The notes beneath the pieces are model-generated. The model saw only the letters and a list, made by a program, of their open reading frames with translations, ran no database searches and had not been told where the DNA came from. Shown piece by piece: positions 1 through 9,751 of a stretch of DNA of 64,000 nucleotides. Both the position numbers and the translations under genes were made by a program. The DNA lies in assembly GCA_965649225.1 (NCBI GenBank), contig CBFGJX010000001.1, positions 134,857-198,856 on the forward strand, read 5' to 3'. How positions within the stretch are numbered: the first letter of the stretch is position 1; each line of letters begins with the position of its first letter. This DNA comes from a candidate division WOR-3 bacterium (GTDB taxonomy: Bacteria; Hydrothermota; Tepidihabitantia; Tepidihabitantales; Tepidihabitantaceae).

Positions 1-1202
1 AGACGCTGGAAATACCCGACGGCCATGCGGTCACAGTCGTAACTCCACCAGCCAGCCGTCCCGCTCACAACATCACCCCAGCGCTGGAACGCAGCACGGT
101 TGACTGTGCTGCCTTTCTGAACAACTCCCGCCGCGTACTGGTAATGGTGAATGATGCCACTCGTCCCACCCCCACGGCATCTGTTCTTTCAGCACTCGCT
201 CCGGCCCTGTCCGGTTATGACGTTCACTACCTTGTGTGTACCGGGACCCATCGCCCTCCGGGCGAAACCGAGCTTAACAAGATTTTCGGCCCCGAGCTTG
301 TCGGCCGTCGCCGCAACCGGATCATGATTCACGACTGCCGCGATACCGCCAGGCTGTTTTTTGCCGGCCGAACCAGCTTCGGCACGCCGGTCTGGTTCAA
401 TCGCGAATTGCTCTGGGCCGATCGTGTCATCACGGTCAACTCGATCGAACCGCACTATTTCGCCGGCTACACCGGTGGCCGCAAAGGATTCCTGCCCGGC
501 ATTGCCGGCGCCGAAACAATCGGTCACAACCACAATATGGCGACGCATCACCAGTCACGCGTGTTTGAGCTCACCGGCAACCCGGTCCACGAAGACATGG
601 TGGAGGCGTATCGAATGGTGAACCGCCCGTGTTTCTCGATTCAGCTGGTTCTTGACCAGACCCATCGACCGGTCGCAATCCATCACGGGCTTGTGCTCGA
701 TTCGTTTCTACGTGGCTGCCGCGATGCTCACCGAATCTTCGCCCAGCCGGTTCCAGGCACCTTCGACATCGTTGTCAGCGTCCTGCTTGCACCGTATGAC
801 ATCAACTTCTATCAGGCACAGCGGGCAGTTGAGTTTGCCCGCGCGATACTCAACCGGCCGTCCGTCCACATTACGGTAACCGCCTGCCCCGAAGGCATCG
901 GGGACAGCACTTTCATCGAAATTCTACGCCAATGCTCGAAACCGAGTGATGTGTTTGCCGAATCAAACAAGTCCCATCCTGGCTGGCACAAGGCTGCCCG
1001 TCTCGCGACCCTGATGGAATCGACCAGCCTGTACGCGGTGACCGGGCTGGCGCCCTCAGAACTGCAGGGCACGTTCATTGAGTCTTTCGATTCTGTCCAG
1101 GCCGCTTGGCAATCTGCGCTGCAGCGGATCGGACCGAATGCCCGAACCTGCATCATCCCGGACGCAGGTTCGCTGGTGCCGATTGCGGAACGACCATCCT
1201 GA
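1..1202 (+). CDS. LarA-like (lactate racemase family, DUF2088) protein, 5'-partial at window edge
   Basis: Frame 3 is open from nt 3. Conserved VNDATRPTP, GTHRP and HYFAGYTGGRK motifs typical of the LarA N-terminal domain. Stop at 1202. Confidence 0.6.
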   Translation, partial: TLEIPDGHAVTVVTPPASRPAHNITPALERSTVDCAAFLNNSRRVLVMVNDATRPTPTASVLSALAPALSGYDVHYLVCTGTHRPPGETELNKIFGPELVGRRRNRIMIHDCRDTARLFFAGRTSFGTPVWFNRELLWADRVITVNSIEPHYFAGYTGGRKGFLPGIAGAETIGHNHNMATHHQSRVFELTGNPVHEDMVEAYRMVNRPCFSIQLVLDQTHRPVAIHHGLVLDSFLRGCRDAHRIFAQPVPGTFDIVVSVLLAPYDINFYQAQRAVEFARAILNRPSVHITVTACPEGIGDSTFIEILRQCSKPSDVFAESNKSHPGWHKAARLATLMESTSLYAVTGLAPSELQGTFIESFDSVQAAWQSALQRIGPNARTCIIPDAGSLVPIAERPS

Positions 1203-1233
1203 AAAACCTGCTGTTCGCTATTCGCCACTGACG

Positions 1234-2541
1234 ATGCTGCCGCTGCTACTGCCACTGCTACTGCTGCTGAGCGCGACGCCGACCACGCCAACCACCCTGA
1301 TGACCCCGCCTTTTGAGCACACTCTTGGTTTCAATCGTATCGGACGGTTCTACATCGACCTTTACCTGGGCAAAGGATTCAAGCTGGCTGATCCCCAGGA
1401 TATCTGCGGCGCCAAAATGATTGAGGAGGACGACCCCCGCACCAGTCGGGACGACCACATCCTCACCCTTTTTGCCGTCAATTCAGGCACAGGGCAGATA
1501 GTCTATAACGTCCGGCTGCTCCAGCCGAAGATTTTCGGTCGCACCGGCTCCGGCACTGGCGAGTTCAGTAACCCGCGGGGAATCGCCTGCAACCCCGCCG
1601 GCGATGTCTATGTCGCTGACACTGACAACGGCCGGCTGGTCCGACTGCGTTACTCGGCCGGAGAGCTTGTCTGGGTCGGCGTAATCGACTCAACCCTGGC
1701 CCGTCCGCATGACGTTGCGATCGACTCCCGCGGCCGTGTCTACGTTGTCGACACCGACAGCAACCGAGTCTTGGTCTACGATTCATCCGGCCATCGGATT
1801 GCAGTCTGGTCTTCCGGTTTGGAGCAGCCAACAGCCATCGCTGTTCTTGACAACCAGGCCGGTCACAACGATTTCGGCTACGACGGCGCGGTGGTAATCG
1901 ACCGGGGACGCACACGCCTGAGTCGGTTTCAGCTTTCCGGAACCATTGACCGGCAGATTGACTGTCGCCGCATCGGGCTGACCGAAGCGGGCTTCGCCTT
2001 CTGCGACTTTGACCGTCACGGCAACGTCTACGTTACTGATGAAGTGAATTCACAGGTCCATATGTTTGACGCCTCGTTACGTTACATCGTCTCCTACGGT
2101 CGTCCCGGAACCGGTGAAGGCCGCTTTTTGTCTCCGCGCGGTATCACCATCTGGCGGCGATTCGGCCAGGTTTTCCTCGTTGAAGCCGACGGTGGCCAAT
2201 ATTACTGGCTTGGCCTCGACGCCTACCTAATTGGCTTCTTTCCTCCGGAATTCGATTCGCGGCGACCTGGTACAACCATCGCGCTCTACCTGACAGAACT
2301 TGCCGACGTATCGATCACGATTACCGACACCAGCGGAGCGGTGGTTCGCTCCTTGACCCCGCCCCACCAGCAGCGCCCCGGAGAGGTATTGATTATCTGG
2401 GACGGACGCGACAATCTGGGGCAGCTTGTCCCGGTTGGGGAATACCACATTACCGTCACTGCACGACCGACATACAGCCGCCCGCGCTACATCCTGAAAA
2501 AGGAACTCATCGGCTCTGTCCGTCGCATCACCGACAGTTGA
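1234..2541 (+). CDS. Secreted NHL-repeat beta-propeller protein with FlgD-Ig-like/T9SS-type C-terminal domain
   Basis: Signal peptide MLPLLLPLLLLLSA at an internal ATG (1234). Several NHL repeats (e.g. FSNPRGIACNPAGDVYVADTDNGRLV). C-terminal Ig-like domain ITITDTSGAVVRSL...VGEYHITVTA. Confidence 0.7.
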   Translation: MLPLLLPLLLLLSATPTTPTTLMTPPFEHTLGFNRIGRFYIDLYLGKGFKLADPQDICGAKMIEEDDPRTSRDDHILTLFAVNSGTGQIVYNVRLLQPKIFGRTGSGTGEFSNPRGIACNPAGDVYVADTDNGRLVRLRYSAGELVWVGVIDSTLARPHDVAIDSRGRVYVVDTDSNRVLVYDSSGHRIAVWSSGLEQPTAIAVLDNQAGHNDFGYDGAVVIDRGRTRLSRFQLSGTIDRQIDCRRIGLTEAGFAFCDFDRHGNVYVTDEVNSQVHMFDASLRYIVSYGRPGTGEGRFLSPRGITIWRRFGQVFLVEADGGQYYWLGLDAYLIGFFPPEFDSRRPGTTIALYLTELADVSITITDTSGAVVRSLTPPHQQRPGEVLIIWDGRDNLGQLVPVGEYHITVTARPTYSRPRYILKKELIGSVRRITDS

Positions 2542-2571
2542 ACACTGCCAACACCAAGGTATCATATCCCA

Positions 2572-3555
2572 GTGAACAATCCCAATAACATCCGCTCGCA
2601 CAGCTGCATTTCTCCTCGTTCCAGGCGTCGGCTGGGCTGGCTGTTGCTGTTTTGTCTGCTGCCAGCTATGGTTAACGCCCTCGGCACACCTTACGCCGGC
2701 GACTTCGAAGAACTCGGCGCATCGGCCCGCTCGATTGGCATGGGCGGAGCCGTCGTTGCTGTCGCTGCCGACCCAAGTGCAATCTATTACAACCCGGCTC
2801 TGACGGCTCGCCTCGGACGCAGAGCAGCGACGTTCCTTCACTCCCGCGACTTTTCCGGTCTGCTGAGCCACAACTACCTCGCCGTAAGCTTCGCATCTAA
2901 TAGACGCGCCATCGGGGTGGCAGTCTTACACAACGGTATTCCTGACATCAAACTGACCGCCCTGCCCGATTCCAGCCGCCCTCCCGGCCCGGATAATCGG
3001 CCATATGTAGTCAGAACTGTCAGCGCCAACCAGTTCGTTGGCTATGTCAATCTCGCCCGAATGATCGGAACTGGAATCGCACTTGGCATCAACGGTAAAC
3101 TCATCTATCAGGACATTGAAGTCGGCCGATGCTTTGGCATGGGAATCGATGCGGGCGCGTCGCTGACTCCAATCGCGGACCTCACCATCGGCCTGCGACT
3201 GCGCAATGCCAGCACGGCGCCACTGCTATGGGATACCGGCAACAGCGAAATCATTGTCCCGCGAGCCTGCATCGGGTTGGCCAAAGTATTCCGTCTGGGG
3301 CGTGACCGTTTCGTTTTGGCAGCCGAGACCGAAGCCGGCTTCGACGGACCATTGCTGTTACCCAGCATTGGCCTGGAGTATGCTTTCCGCAATCTGCTTT
3401 TTGCCCGACTTGGAGTCCAGCGGGGCAACTTCTCGTTCGGGCTCGGGCTCCGATACAAACGGATCTACGCGGACTACGGCTACGCGGCCGGCTCCTTGCC
3501 TGGCAGCCGCGAGCTTGGCAGTCCGCAACAGTTCTCCGGCGGAGTCGAATTCTGA
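2572..3555 (+). CDS. FadL/PorV-like outer-membrane beta-barrel protein
   Basis: Signal peptide ending VNA. N-terminal hatch motif GASARSIGMGGAVVAVAADPSAIYYNPAL matches the FadL/TodX/PorV family. C-terminal aromatic residue. Confidence 0.6.
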   Translation: MNNPNNIRSHSCISPRSRRRLGWLLLFCLLPAMVNALGTPYAGDFEELGASARSIGMGGAVVAVAADPSAIYYNPALTARLGRRAATFLHSRDFSGLLSHNYLAVSFASNRRAIGVAVLHNGIPDIKLTALPDSSRPPGPDNRPYVVRTVSANQFVGYVNLARMIGTGIALGINGKLIYQDIEVGRCFGMGIDAGASLTPIADLTIGLRLRNASTAPLLWDTGNSEIIVPRACIGLAKVFRLGRDRFVLAAETEAGFDGPLLLPSIGLEYAFRNLLFARLGVQRGNFSFGLGLRYKRIYADYGYAAGSLPGSRELGSPQQFSGGVEF

Positions 3556-3647
3556 CGGCTGAAATCGGCCGCAAGCTGGTCCATCTTGCGGCCCTGGCGA
3601 TTCCTGTTTTCTACTACCTTGTACCACGCAGTATCGTCCTCCCCCTG

Positions 3648-4154
3648 ATGGCCGCAGTAGCCTTAACCTTCATCGTCATCGACTTGCTGCGTCTGCGACT
3701 GAGCCTCTTTCGCAGTATCTTCATCATCCTCTTTGGCTCCCTGCTGCGCCGACGCGAGTTCACCTCCCTCACCGGGGGCAGTTACCTGATGCTTTCATCA
3801 CTGGTCTGTATGCTGATTTTTGGTGGCTCCGATGCCGGCCGCGGTGTCTTCATCGCCGCAGTGTCATTTCTCGTTCTCGGGGATACCGCCGCCGCAATTG
3901 TCGGTCTGTCCTTTGGTCGTATTCGGTTCTTTCGCAAGACGCTCGAGGGCTCGCTTGCCGGACTTGTTGTCTGCCTTATCGCCGCGCTGGTGGTGTCAAA
4001 TCTCCCCGGTCTTGACTTGCCATTCGGCATTGGTATGTTAGGTGCTGTCGTTGCCTCGGTCGTCGAGGCGCTGCCAATAGAAGTCAATGATAACGTTGTT
4101 GTTCCATTGCTATCCGGCACCGCGATGATGATCGGTCTTCAGGTGCTGACTTGA
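3648..4154 (+). CDS. Dolichol kinase / CdsA-like (CTP-dependent polyprenol kinase family) membrane protein; true start probably upstream
   Basis: Multi-TM protein with a GDTAAAIVGLSFGR motif. The frame is open upstream to 3306 and encodes a conserved EIGRKLVHLAALAIPVFYY segment, but no ATG/GTG is present there. Confidence 0.5.
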   Translation: MAAVALTFIVIDLLRLRLSLFRSIFIILFGSLLRRREFTSLTGGSYLMLSSLVCMLIFGGSDAGRGVFIAAVSFLVLGDTAAAIVGLSFGRIRFFRKTLEGSLAGLVVCLIAALVVSNLPGLDLPFGIGMLGAVVASVVEALPIEVNDNVVVPLLSGTAMMIGLQVLT

Positions 4155-4236
4155 CACCGAGGCCAAAATACGACGTGCTGACGCGCTCTGTTTTGCGTCG
4201 CAAGACGTTGAGCAGAACATACAGAGAGGAGACAGG

Positions 4237-6774
4237 ATGATACGAAGACTAATTACGCTCTTGTTCTTCGCCGGCGTATCGCTGACGATCGCAGGCACCG
4301 GCGCCACTCCCAGACTTGACAGCCTCTATCAGGCGTATGCAACAGATGACACCGCACTCGCGCGGCACCTCGTGGAGCAGCTGCGCTCTTCTGCCCGTCG
4401 ACCGGCAGAAGAGCTGGCTGCCGGAATTGAATACGGTGACTGGCTGCTCGACAAACGACACGATTACACTCGGGCCGAATCAGTCTATTCGGCACTGCTG
4501 CAGCGATTCCCAAAGGACCGAACCAGGCCTGCCCTGCTTTATCGGCTGGCGCTTGCCCAAGAACTGCAGGAGAACTATCTCGATGCAGCCCGCAACTACG
4601 AAAAGGTCGCGACCCAGTTCCAGAAATCCGAGTACGCCGACGATGCACTTGACGCGATTGAACGTTGCTTCCGCAAGAACTACCAGGAACGAATGGCATA
4701 TGTTGACGGCCACCCGATAACTCGCATCGAACTGGAAGACCGCATCAGCCGCGACCCGACACGCTACGAGAGCTTTGAAAGCAAACGCCAGCTCCTCGAC
4801 ACAATGATTACTGCCCGGCTGATCCGACAGAGTGCGCTTGCCGCCGGCCTCGATCAACGACCCGCTTTCAGATTCAACCTCAACGAAACTCGCAACCGGG
4901 CGATGTTTCAGGCCTGGTACGAAGCGGTTGTCAACTCGAAGGCCCAACCCAATGAGAAGGAGCTTAAGGCCGCCTACCAGCGCGACCTCAAGACCCGCTA
5001 CACCACACCGGAAAGGGTGCGCGCCATGCAGATTCGGGTTGCCAGCCGCGCCGAGGCTGACTCGCTGCGGAATCTGCTTGAGACCAACCCCGCGGTCTCG
5101 TGGGATACACTTGCCAAGACCCATTCACTCGCCCCAGACAAATCACAGGGCGGTGATCTGGGTTTCTTCGCTCGCGGCGTTCAACCGAAACCGATCGAGG
5201 ACGCCGCCTTCAGTCTGAAACCCGGCCAGATCAGCAAGCCTTTCAAACTCGACGACCAGTGGGTGATTGTCAAGGTCGTCGAACGTCAGCCTAAATCCGT
5301 CCGCAAGTTCGAGGACGTAAAATCGCAGATTGCCGCCGACATCAGACAGCAGCGCGTCCAGCACCTGTATGAGTCGAGCATCGAGGAACTCAAGTCTCGC
5401 TCTAACATAACAATTGACTCAGCCGCCATTGCCGAAGGTCGTGACACGCTGGCCGTGGTCGACAACTTCGTCATTGACCAGGCGCAGCTGTCGGCAAGGC
5501 TGGAGGCGATACCACCGTTTTTCCGTGCCCAGTTCGAATCGCCGGAAGGAAAGCGGCGAATACTCGACCAGATCATCCTCGAGAAGCTCCTCGCTCGCGA
5601 ATGCGAACGGCTGAAGTTGTGGTTGGAAAACAGAGTAGTAGACCAGGTCCTGACCCGTCGTGATGCGCTCCTGCGTGACGCCTGGCAACAGGAGTTCGTC
5701 AGTGCCCGTGTCAGCATCGATTCCGCCGAAGCACTGGCCGAATACCAGTCAACCATCAGCGACTTCAAGGAGCCAGCCAAGGTACACGTCCGTGAAATCG
5801 TTGCCCCCACGAAGGCGCGGGCAGAGCAACTGCGACGCTGGGTGGTCGCTGGCCGGCTTCCTCAGCTAATCCACGGACGGGCAGTATTGTTGACTGACCT
5901 GGCCAACAGAGAAATCATTGCTGCCGGCATCGAAACCAACGCCGATTCGACCGTCGCGGCCTTGGCGATGGAACCTGCCGCTGCACAACTACCGGGCCGT
6001 CCGACCTTGTCGGTTCAGAACAAACCGGTTGCCGATCTGAGTCGCCGCTCTGATGCAACCGGCCCGTACAAGCAGCCGGGTGCATTCGGATTCGCCTTCG
6101 CGGACATCTCAAACGAGGATCCCCTGTTTTTGCCTGAACCGATCAAAGTCTCCGACTCGACGACGCTTGCGACGCTGGCTGGCGGCAGTTCGATTGACCT
6201 TCGGGATTCAGCTCGCTACGGTACGTACTTCCGTACCGAAAAGCCGCTGCCGGCGGCCGCACTGCGTCAACTGTTTTCACGCAGTGTTGAGGACCCGCCG
6301 ATCACTATCAACGTTCCAAGTGGCATACTCTTGGCCAAAGTAACGAAACGCGACAGCGCCCAAAAGGTCACGTTCGCTGATGTCGCCCGACGGTTCTCGA
6401 CTGCCGGTACGCGCTGGTCCGGCGGCGACTGGTCCTGGGTTGCTCGAGACGACAAATCCCGTAACCCTCGACTGCTGGCGGCGGCCTTCAACCAGAGCGA
6501 GAAGGCTGTCTCCGCGGTCTTCAAGCTCAGTGATACCACCTGGGCATTCGTTCTGACCGAGGAGAAACGCCCTGCCCGAACTCGACCATTTGATGAAGTG
6601 CGACCGAAAATCGAAAACAAGCTGCGCCGCCAAAAGGAAAAGGAGCTTACCGACCGGTTGATCGCCGAACTCAGAGCCCAGTCTCGTATCGAAATCTTGA
6701 TGAAGGAATCGGACTTCATCACCGAACCCCCGGCCGGTGAGACGGAGAAACCAGCACCCCCACAGCAGAACTGA
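4237..6774 (+). CDS. Periplasmic chaperone / peptidyl-prolyl isomerase, PpiD/SurA-like (parvulin domain)
   Basis: Signal peptide. PpiC-type parvulin domain (GGDLGFF...PGQISKPFKLDDQWVIVKV). Strong SD GGAG upstream of the ATG. Confidence 0.7.
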   Translation: MIRRLITLLFFAGVSLTIAGTGATPRLDSLYQAYATDDTALARHLVEQLRSSARRPAEELAAGIEYGDWLLDKRHDYTRAESVYSALLQRFPKDRTRPALLYRLALAQELQENYLDAARNYEKVATQFQKSEYADDALDAIERCFRKNYQERMAYVDGHPITRIELEDRISRDPTRYESFESKRQLLDTMITARLIRQSALAAGLDQRPAFRFNLNETRNRAMFQAWYEAVVNSKAQPNEKELKAAYQRDLKTRYTTPERVRAMQIRVASRAEADSLRNLLETNPAVSWDTLAKTHSLAPDKSQGGDLGFFARGVQPKPIEDAAFSLKPGQISKPFKLDDQWVIVKVVERQPKSVRKFEDVKSQIAADIRQQRVQHLYESSIEELKSRSNITIDSAAIAEGRDTLAVVDNFVIDQAQLSARLEAIPPFFRAQFESPEGKRRILDQIILEKLLARECERLKLWLENRVVDQVLTRRDALLRDAWQQEFVSARVSIDSAEALAEYQSTISDFKEPAKVHVREIVAPTKARAEQLRRWVVAGRLPQLIHGRAVLLTDLANREIIAAGIETNADSTVAALAMEPAAAQLPGRPTLSVQNKPVADLSRRSDATGPYKQPGAFGFAFADISNEDPLFLPEPIKVSDSTTLATLAGGSSIDLRDSARYGTYFRTEKPLPAAALRQLFSRSVEDPPITINVPSGILLAKVTKRDSAQKVTFADVARRFSTAGTRWSGGDWSWVARDDKSRNPRLLAAAFNQSEKAVSAVFKLSDTTWAFVLTEEKRPARTRPFDEVRPKIENKLRRQKEKELTDRLIAELRAQSRIEILMKESDFITEPPAGETEKPAPPQQN

Positions 6775-6788
6775 CCCGCAGAGAGTCC

Positions 6789-6830
6789 GATGCCGCCCCT
6801 GGTATGGTAACAGGGGCGGCATCATTTTTC
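6789..6830 (+). terminator. Rho-independent terminator after the ppiD-like gene, in the convergent gap
   Basis: Perfect 13-bp inverted repeat GATGCCGCCCCTG/CAGGGGCGGCATC with a 9-nt loop, followed by ATTTTTC. Confidence 0.6.
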
Positions 6831-6839
6831 GACGAACAA

Positions 6840-8294
6840 TTACTCTTTGCGCATGCTGTATTCGAGAACCCTGATACCGATCCTGCCGACCACGCCAAGT
6901 ACATCTGTCTGCTGGCCGAGCTCGCCCTCTGCCAGCTTCAAATGAAGCGCACTGGCAGGAAACTCCCCAAAGGTAGCATCTACCGGCACCCAACCGTTCA
7001 GGTAAAACTCATTCCAGGCATGGTAATAGAAAGCACCATTCAGATGCACAAGCCCGACCGCAATTTTGGCGGGGATACCGGCTGCTCGTGCCAAGGCTGC
7101 CAACAGTACCGCGTGTTCGTTGCAGTCCCCTTTCATGTTCTTCAACACATCCAGCGCGGTTGGGTAGGATGCTGTCGGTTCCTTGTCCAAAGCAGCGAAG
7201 GTCCAGGATACGAGTTTCCGTGCCACTGCAACAGCGTCCCGGTTGTCGCCGGCAACTTCCTTTGCTTTGGCGCGAATCGCTGGCGCGTCTGATTGGATCG
7301 TCAGCGACGGTCGCAGAAAACTTGTCTCAGCAGTTACAGGTAATCCCAGCGCTGCATCCGTGACTTTGGGAACTGCGATATCAACTGTCAACGGGTCATG
7401 GCTTACGACCTTCTGCGTTTCCCAGTTGAGTTTGACGGCAACAGTATCCACGCCATCAAGCCGCACCCGCATCCGATGGACGAACACCCCATCCGGTATT
7501 ACGGTATCAATCCGAACCCGGAACATGCTGAGGATGTCGACGAGCGCATCCGAAGCCGCCTCACTGGCAATCCGGGCAACCTCAACCCGCTCCGATCGCA
7601 TCGCCGGCGGTGCTTCCTCAATCAGCGGCAGACCATCTTCGCCGAACCAGGTGACCATCTCCAGTTTGCCCATCGTCATGCTGGCCTTGTGGGCATTGTA
7701 TTCCTTGCCATCAACCACAATCTTCTCACGTCCGAGATAACGCAACACGACCGGCACAACATCAAGCACCGTTACGTCAAAAACCGGAAGACGATAAACA
7801 GAATCACCAGCCTGGCCGCCTCGACTGGTTACCAGCAATCCAAGTGCCGAAAGTGGATACACTCCCGTGCTCAGGTCAATCACCCGCGTGGCGTCTCCCC
7901 CTGCCTGCCCGTGAATTGTCAGTTTACCTCCAGCAACGCTGCCCCGGACCGAAAAGGACCTGCTGGCGGTGCCAAAACTGAACGAGAAACTGCGCATTGT
8001 CAGGTCAGGTGCAGCCAAAACCTCTGAACGCGATTCGACTCGCTGAGGAGTTCCCCCCATCGTTAACCGCATCAGCACCGAATTCTCGAACCGGTAACCG
8101 TCGCTGGTCCGATTGTAGCGATAGACCGAGTGGCCAACCGTGTTGCCGTCGATTGACGACCTCAACCAGGCTTCGGCAAAATTCGCACCATCAACTGCAC
8201 GCCGCGTTCCGCAACCCGACCCAACAACCAAAAGGATCAGAATCAGCTTCACTGGGTAATGCCTTCGCATGACCGAAGCTAACACGGGCATCAC
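6840..8294 (-). CDS. Transglutaminase-like cysteine protease domain lipoprotein
   Basis: Lipobox VVGSGCG. C-terminal transglutaminase core GDCNEHAVLLAALARAAGIPAK...YYHAWNEF...VPVD (Cys/His/Asp). Confidence 0.65.
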   Translation of the reverse strand: MMPVLASVMRRHYPVKLILILLVVGSGCGTRRAVDGANFAEAWLRSSIDGNTVGHSVYRYNRTSDGYRFENSVLMRLTMGGTPQRVESRSEVLAAPDLTMRSFSFSFGTASRSFSVRGSVAGGKLTIHGQAGGDATRVIDLSTGVYPLSALGLLVTSRGGQAGDSVYRLPVFDVTVLDVVPVVLRYLGREKIVVDGKEYNAHKASMTMGKLEMVTWFGEDGLPLIEEAPPAMRSERVEVARIASEAASDALVDILSMFRVRIDTVIPDGVFVHRMRVRLDGVDTVAVKLNWETQKVVSHDPLTVDIAVPKVTDAALGLPVTAETSFLRPSLTIQSDAPAIRAKAKEVAGDNRDAVAVARKLVSWTFAALDKEPTASYPTALDVLKNMKGDCNEHAVLLAALARAAGIPAKIAVGLVHLNGAFYYHAWNEFYLNGWVPVDATFGEFPASALHLKLAEGELGQQTDVLGVVGRIGIRVLEYSMRKE

Positions 8295-8354
8295 GAGTTG
8301 TCAAACATGGTGACCATTGACGTCAGTCGCCTTCATCTTTACACTTCTGTCGAC

Positions 8355-8440
8355 GCCGAAGTGGCGGAACTGGCAGACGCAGCGGACTCAAAATCCGCCG
8401 CCCAGCGATGGGCTTGTGGGTTCGATTCCCTCCTTCGGCA
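8355..8440 (+). tRNA. tRNA-Leu (anticodon CAA), class II with long variable arm
   Basis: Acceptor GCCGAAG/CTTCGGC, anticodon loop CTCAAAA, T-loop TTCGATT. CCA is not encoded. Confidence 0.85.
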
Positions 8441-8478
8441 TGAGCGGCATTACCACCCGACTGCGTGCTTCAGCCAAC

Positions 8479-9675
8479 TCAGTGTCTTACACCAACTCTA
8501 TGCAAGACAAAACAAGCCAATACCGGTCGGTGGTCAGATACGCTGTCTGGATACCAGCGAAGTTCATCATCAAGCCTGATCGTCTCAACCCGGCCCGCAC
8601 CGTATTCGGTCAAAGCATCTCGGGTCACAAGAATGTGATCGATCAACCCCCCGCCGATATAGGACGCATTGCGACTGTCACCCGCCAAGGGCCGGGTCAG
8701 AAAATGGTAACGGAAAGAGTCTGCGATGAAGGACTGAAATGAATTCTGTTCGAACTCCCGGTCGACTTCATCATTGAAGTCACCGGCAACGACAAAATCA
8801 GGGTCCGCACCGGCCGCGAGACAGCTGTCAATGTAGTTCTTGATCAAACGACATGTCGTTCTTCGCATCGCCAAATCTTCATTTGACCTTCCGGATTTCA
8901 GATGAACGACAATCAACTCAAAGTCGAACAGCCGCCCTGAAACTTCAGTCACAACCCGCATACAAAGCGGCGGCCGCACCACTGAATCATTGCCCCACAG
9001 TATCTGCCGAACATTGCTGACTGACACCGTGTTGCGTCGATAGATCACCCCTGTCTTCTGGTAGGTGCGCCCATAATCGTCCCGCGAATAGTTTCCACCG
9101 TAACCGACCAAACCGGCCAAAAGAGAACTGAACGCCGCCGTATCGGCAATCTCCTGAATGGCAATCAAGTCCAGCTCCAGCGAACTGACTATTGCCTGAA
9201 CCTTGTCAATCGTCTGGCGACCCGCCTTCGGAAAGTTTTCGATGTTCCATGTCGCCAAATCGAAAGTCGAGTCGGTGCCCCGGGGACGAACAACCCCGCC
9301 GTAGCGACATTCGAAAGAGCGCATTGCTTTGAGCGACCTGACGCCGAGGCTGTCAACCGCCTGAACGACAAATGTGTGCGCTCCCACCGGCAGATTGCGG
9401 TAGACGATTTCTTCGGCGCCGGTGAAAGTTGAGGCGTCAAGCGAATCCAGCGCCAAGTAATACCCGAGCAGGTTGCCATCTCGATCAGCACCACGCCAGG
9501 CGAAGTATGCCGTATCAACGTTGACAATCCCCTGAGGGCCTGCGACGATCAAGACGGTAGGTGGTGAATTGCCGTGCCGGTTTTCACTATCGCAGGCACC
9601 GGTAATCAGCAAAAACCCAAGCGCAGATACAACCGCGGCGAGCGAAAAAAGACGAGGCGGCCTGCAAGCCGCCTC
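8479..9675 (-). CDS. Endonuclease/exonuclease/phosphatase (EEP) family lipoprotein with N-terminal Ig-like domain
   Basis: EEP motifs (WNIENFP, IAIQEI, GDFN, SDHRPV). Lipobox LITGAC. The ORF-track start at 9777 overlaps tRNA-Glu, so the start is unresolved. Confidence 0.55.
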   Translation of the reverse strand, partial: EAACRPPRLFSLAAVVSALGFLLITGACDSENRHGNSPPTVLIVAGPQGIVNVDTAYFAWRGADRDGNLLGYYLALDSLDASTFTGAEEIVYRNLPVGAHTFVVQAVDSLGVRSLKAMRSFECRYGGVVRPRGTDSTFDLATWNIENFPKAGRQTIDKVQAIVSSLELDLIAIQEIADTAAFSSLLAGLVGYGGNYSRDDYGRTYQKTGVIYRRNTVSVSNVRQILWGNDSVVRPPLCMRVVTEVSGRLFDFELIVVHLKSGRSNEDLAMRRTTCRLIKNYIDSCLAAGADPDFVVAGDFNDEVDREFEQNSFQSFIADSFRYHFLTRPLAGDSRNASYIGGGLIDHILVTRDALTEYGAGRVETIRLDDELRWYPDSVSDHRPVLACFVLHRVGVRH

Positions 9676-9676
9676 A

Positions 9677-9751
9677 TAGCCCCATGGGGATTTGAACCCC
9701 AGTCTTCTGGCTGAGAACCAGATGTCCTGGGCCAGGCTAGACGATGGGGCC
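9677..9751 (-). tRNA. tRNA-Glu (anticodon CTC)
   Basis: Reverse complement GGCCCCATCGTCTAGCCTGGCCCAGGACATCTGGTTCTCAGCCAGAAGACTGGGGTTCAAATCCCCATGGGGCTA. Anticodon loop TTCTCAG. Resembles canonical bacterial tRNA-Glu. Confidence 0.85.

Noticed and set aside
6804-7292. 162-aa + strand ORF
   Set aside because: It is antisense to the transglutaminase-like lipoprotein gene, which has clear homology.
8298-8742. Two + strand ORFs (93 and 141 aa) spanning tRNA-Leu(CAA)
   Set aside because: They overlap a bona fide tRNA gene and the 3' end of the EEP gene on the opposite strand.
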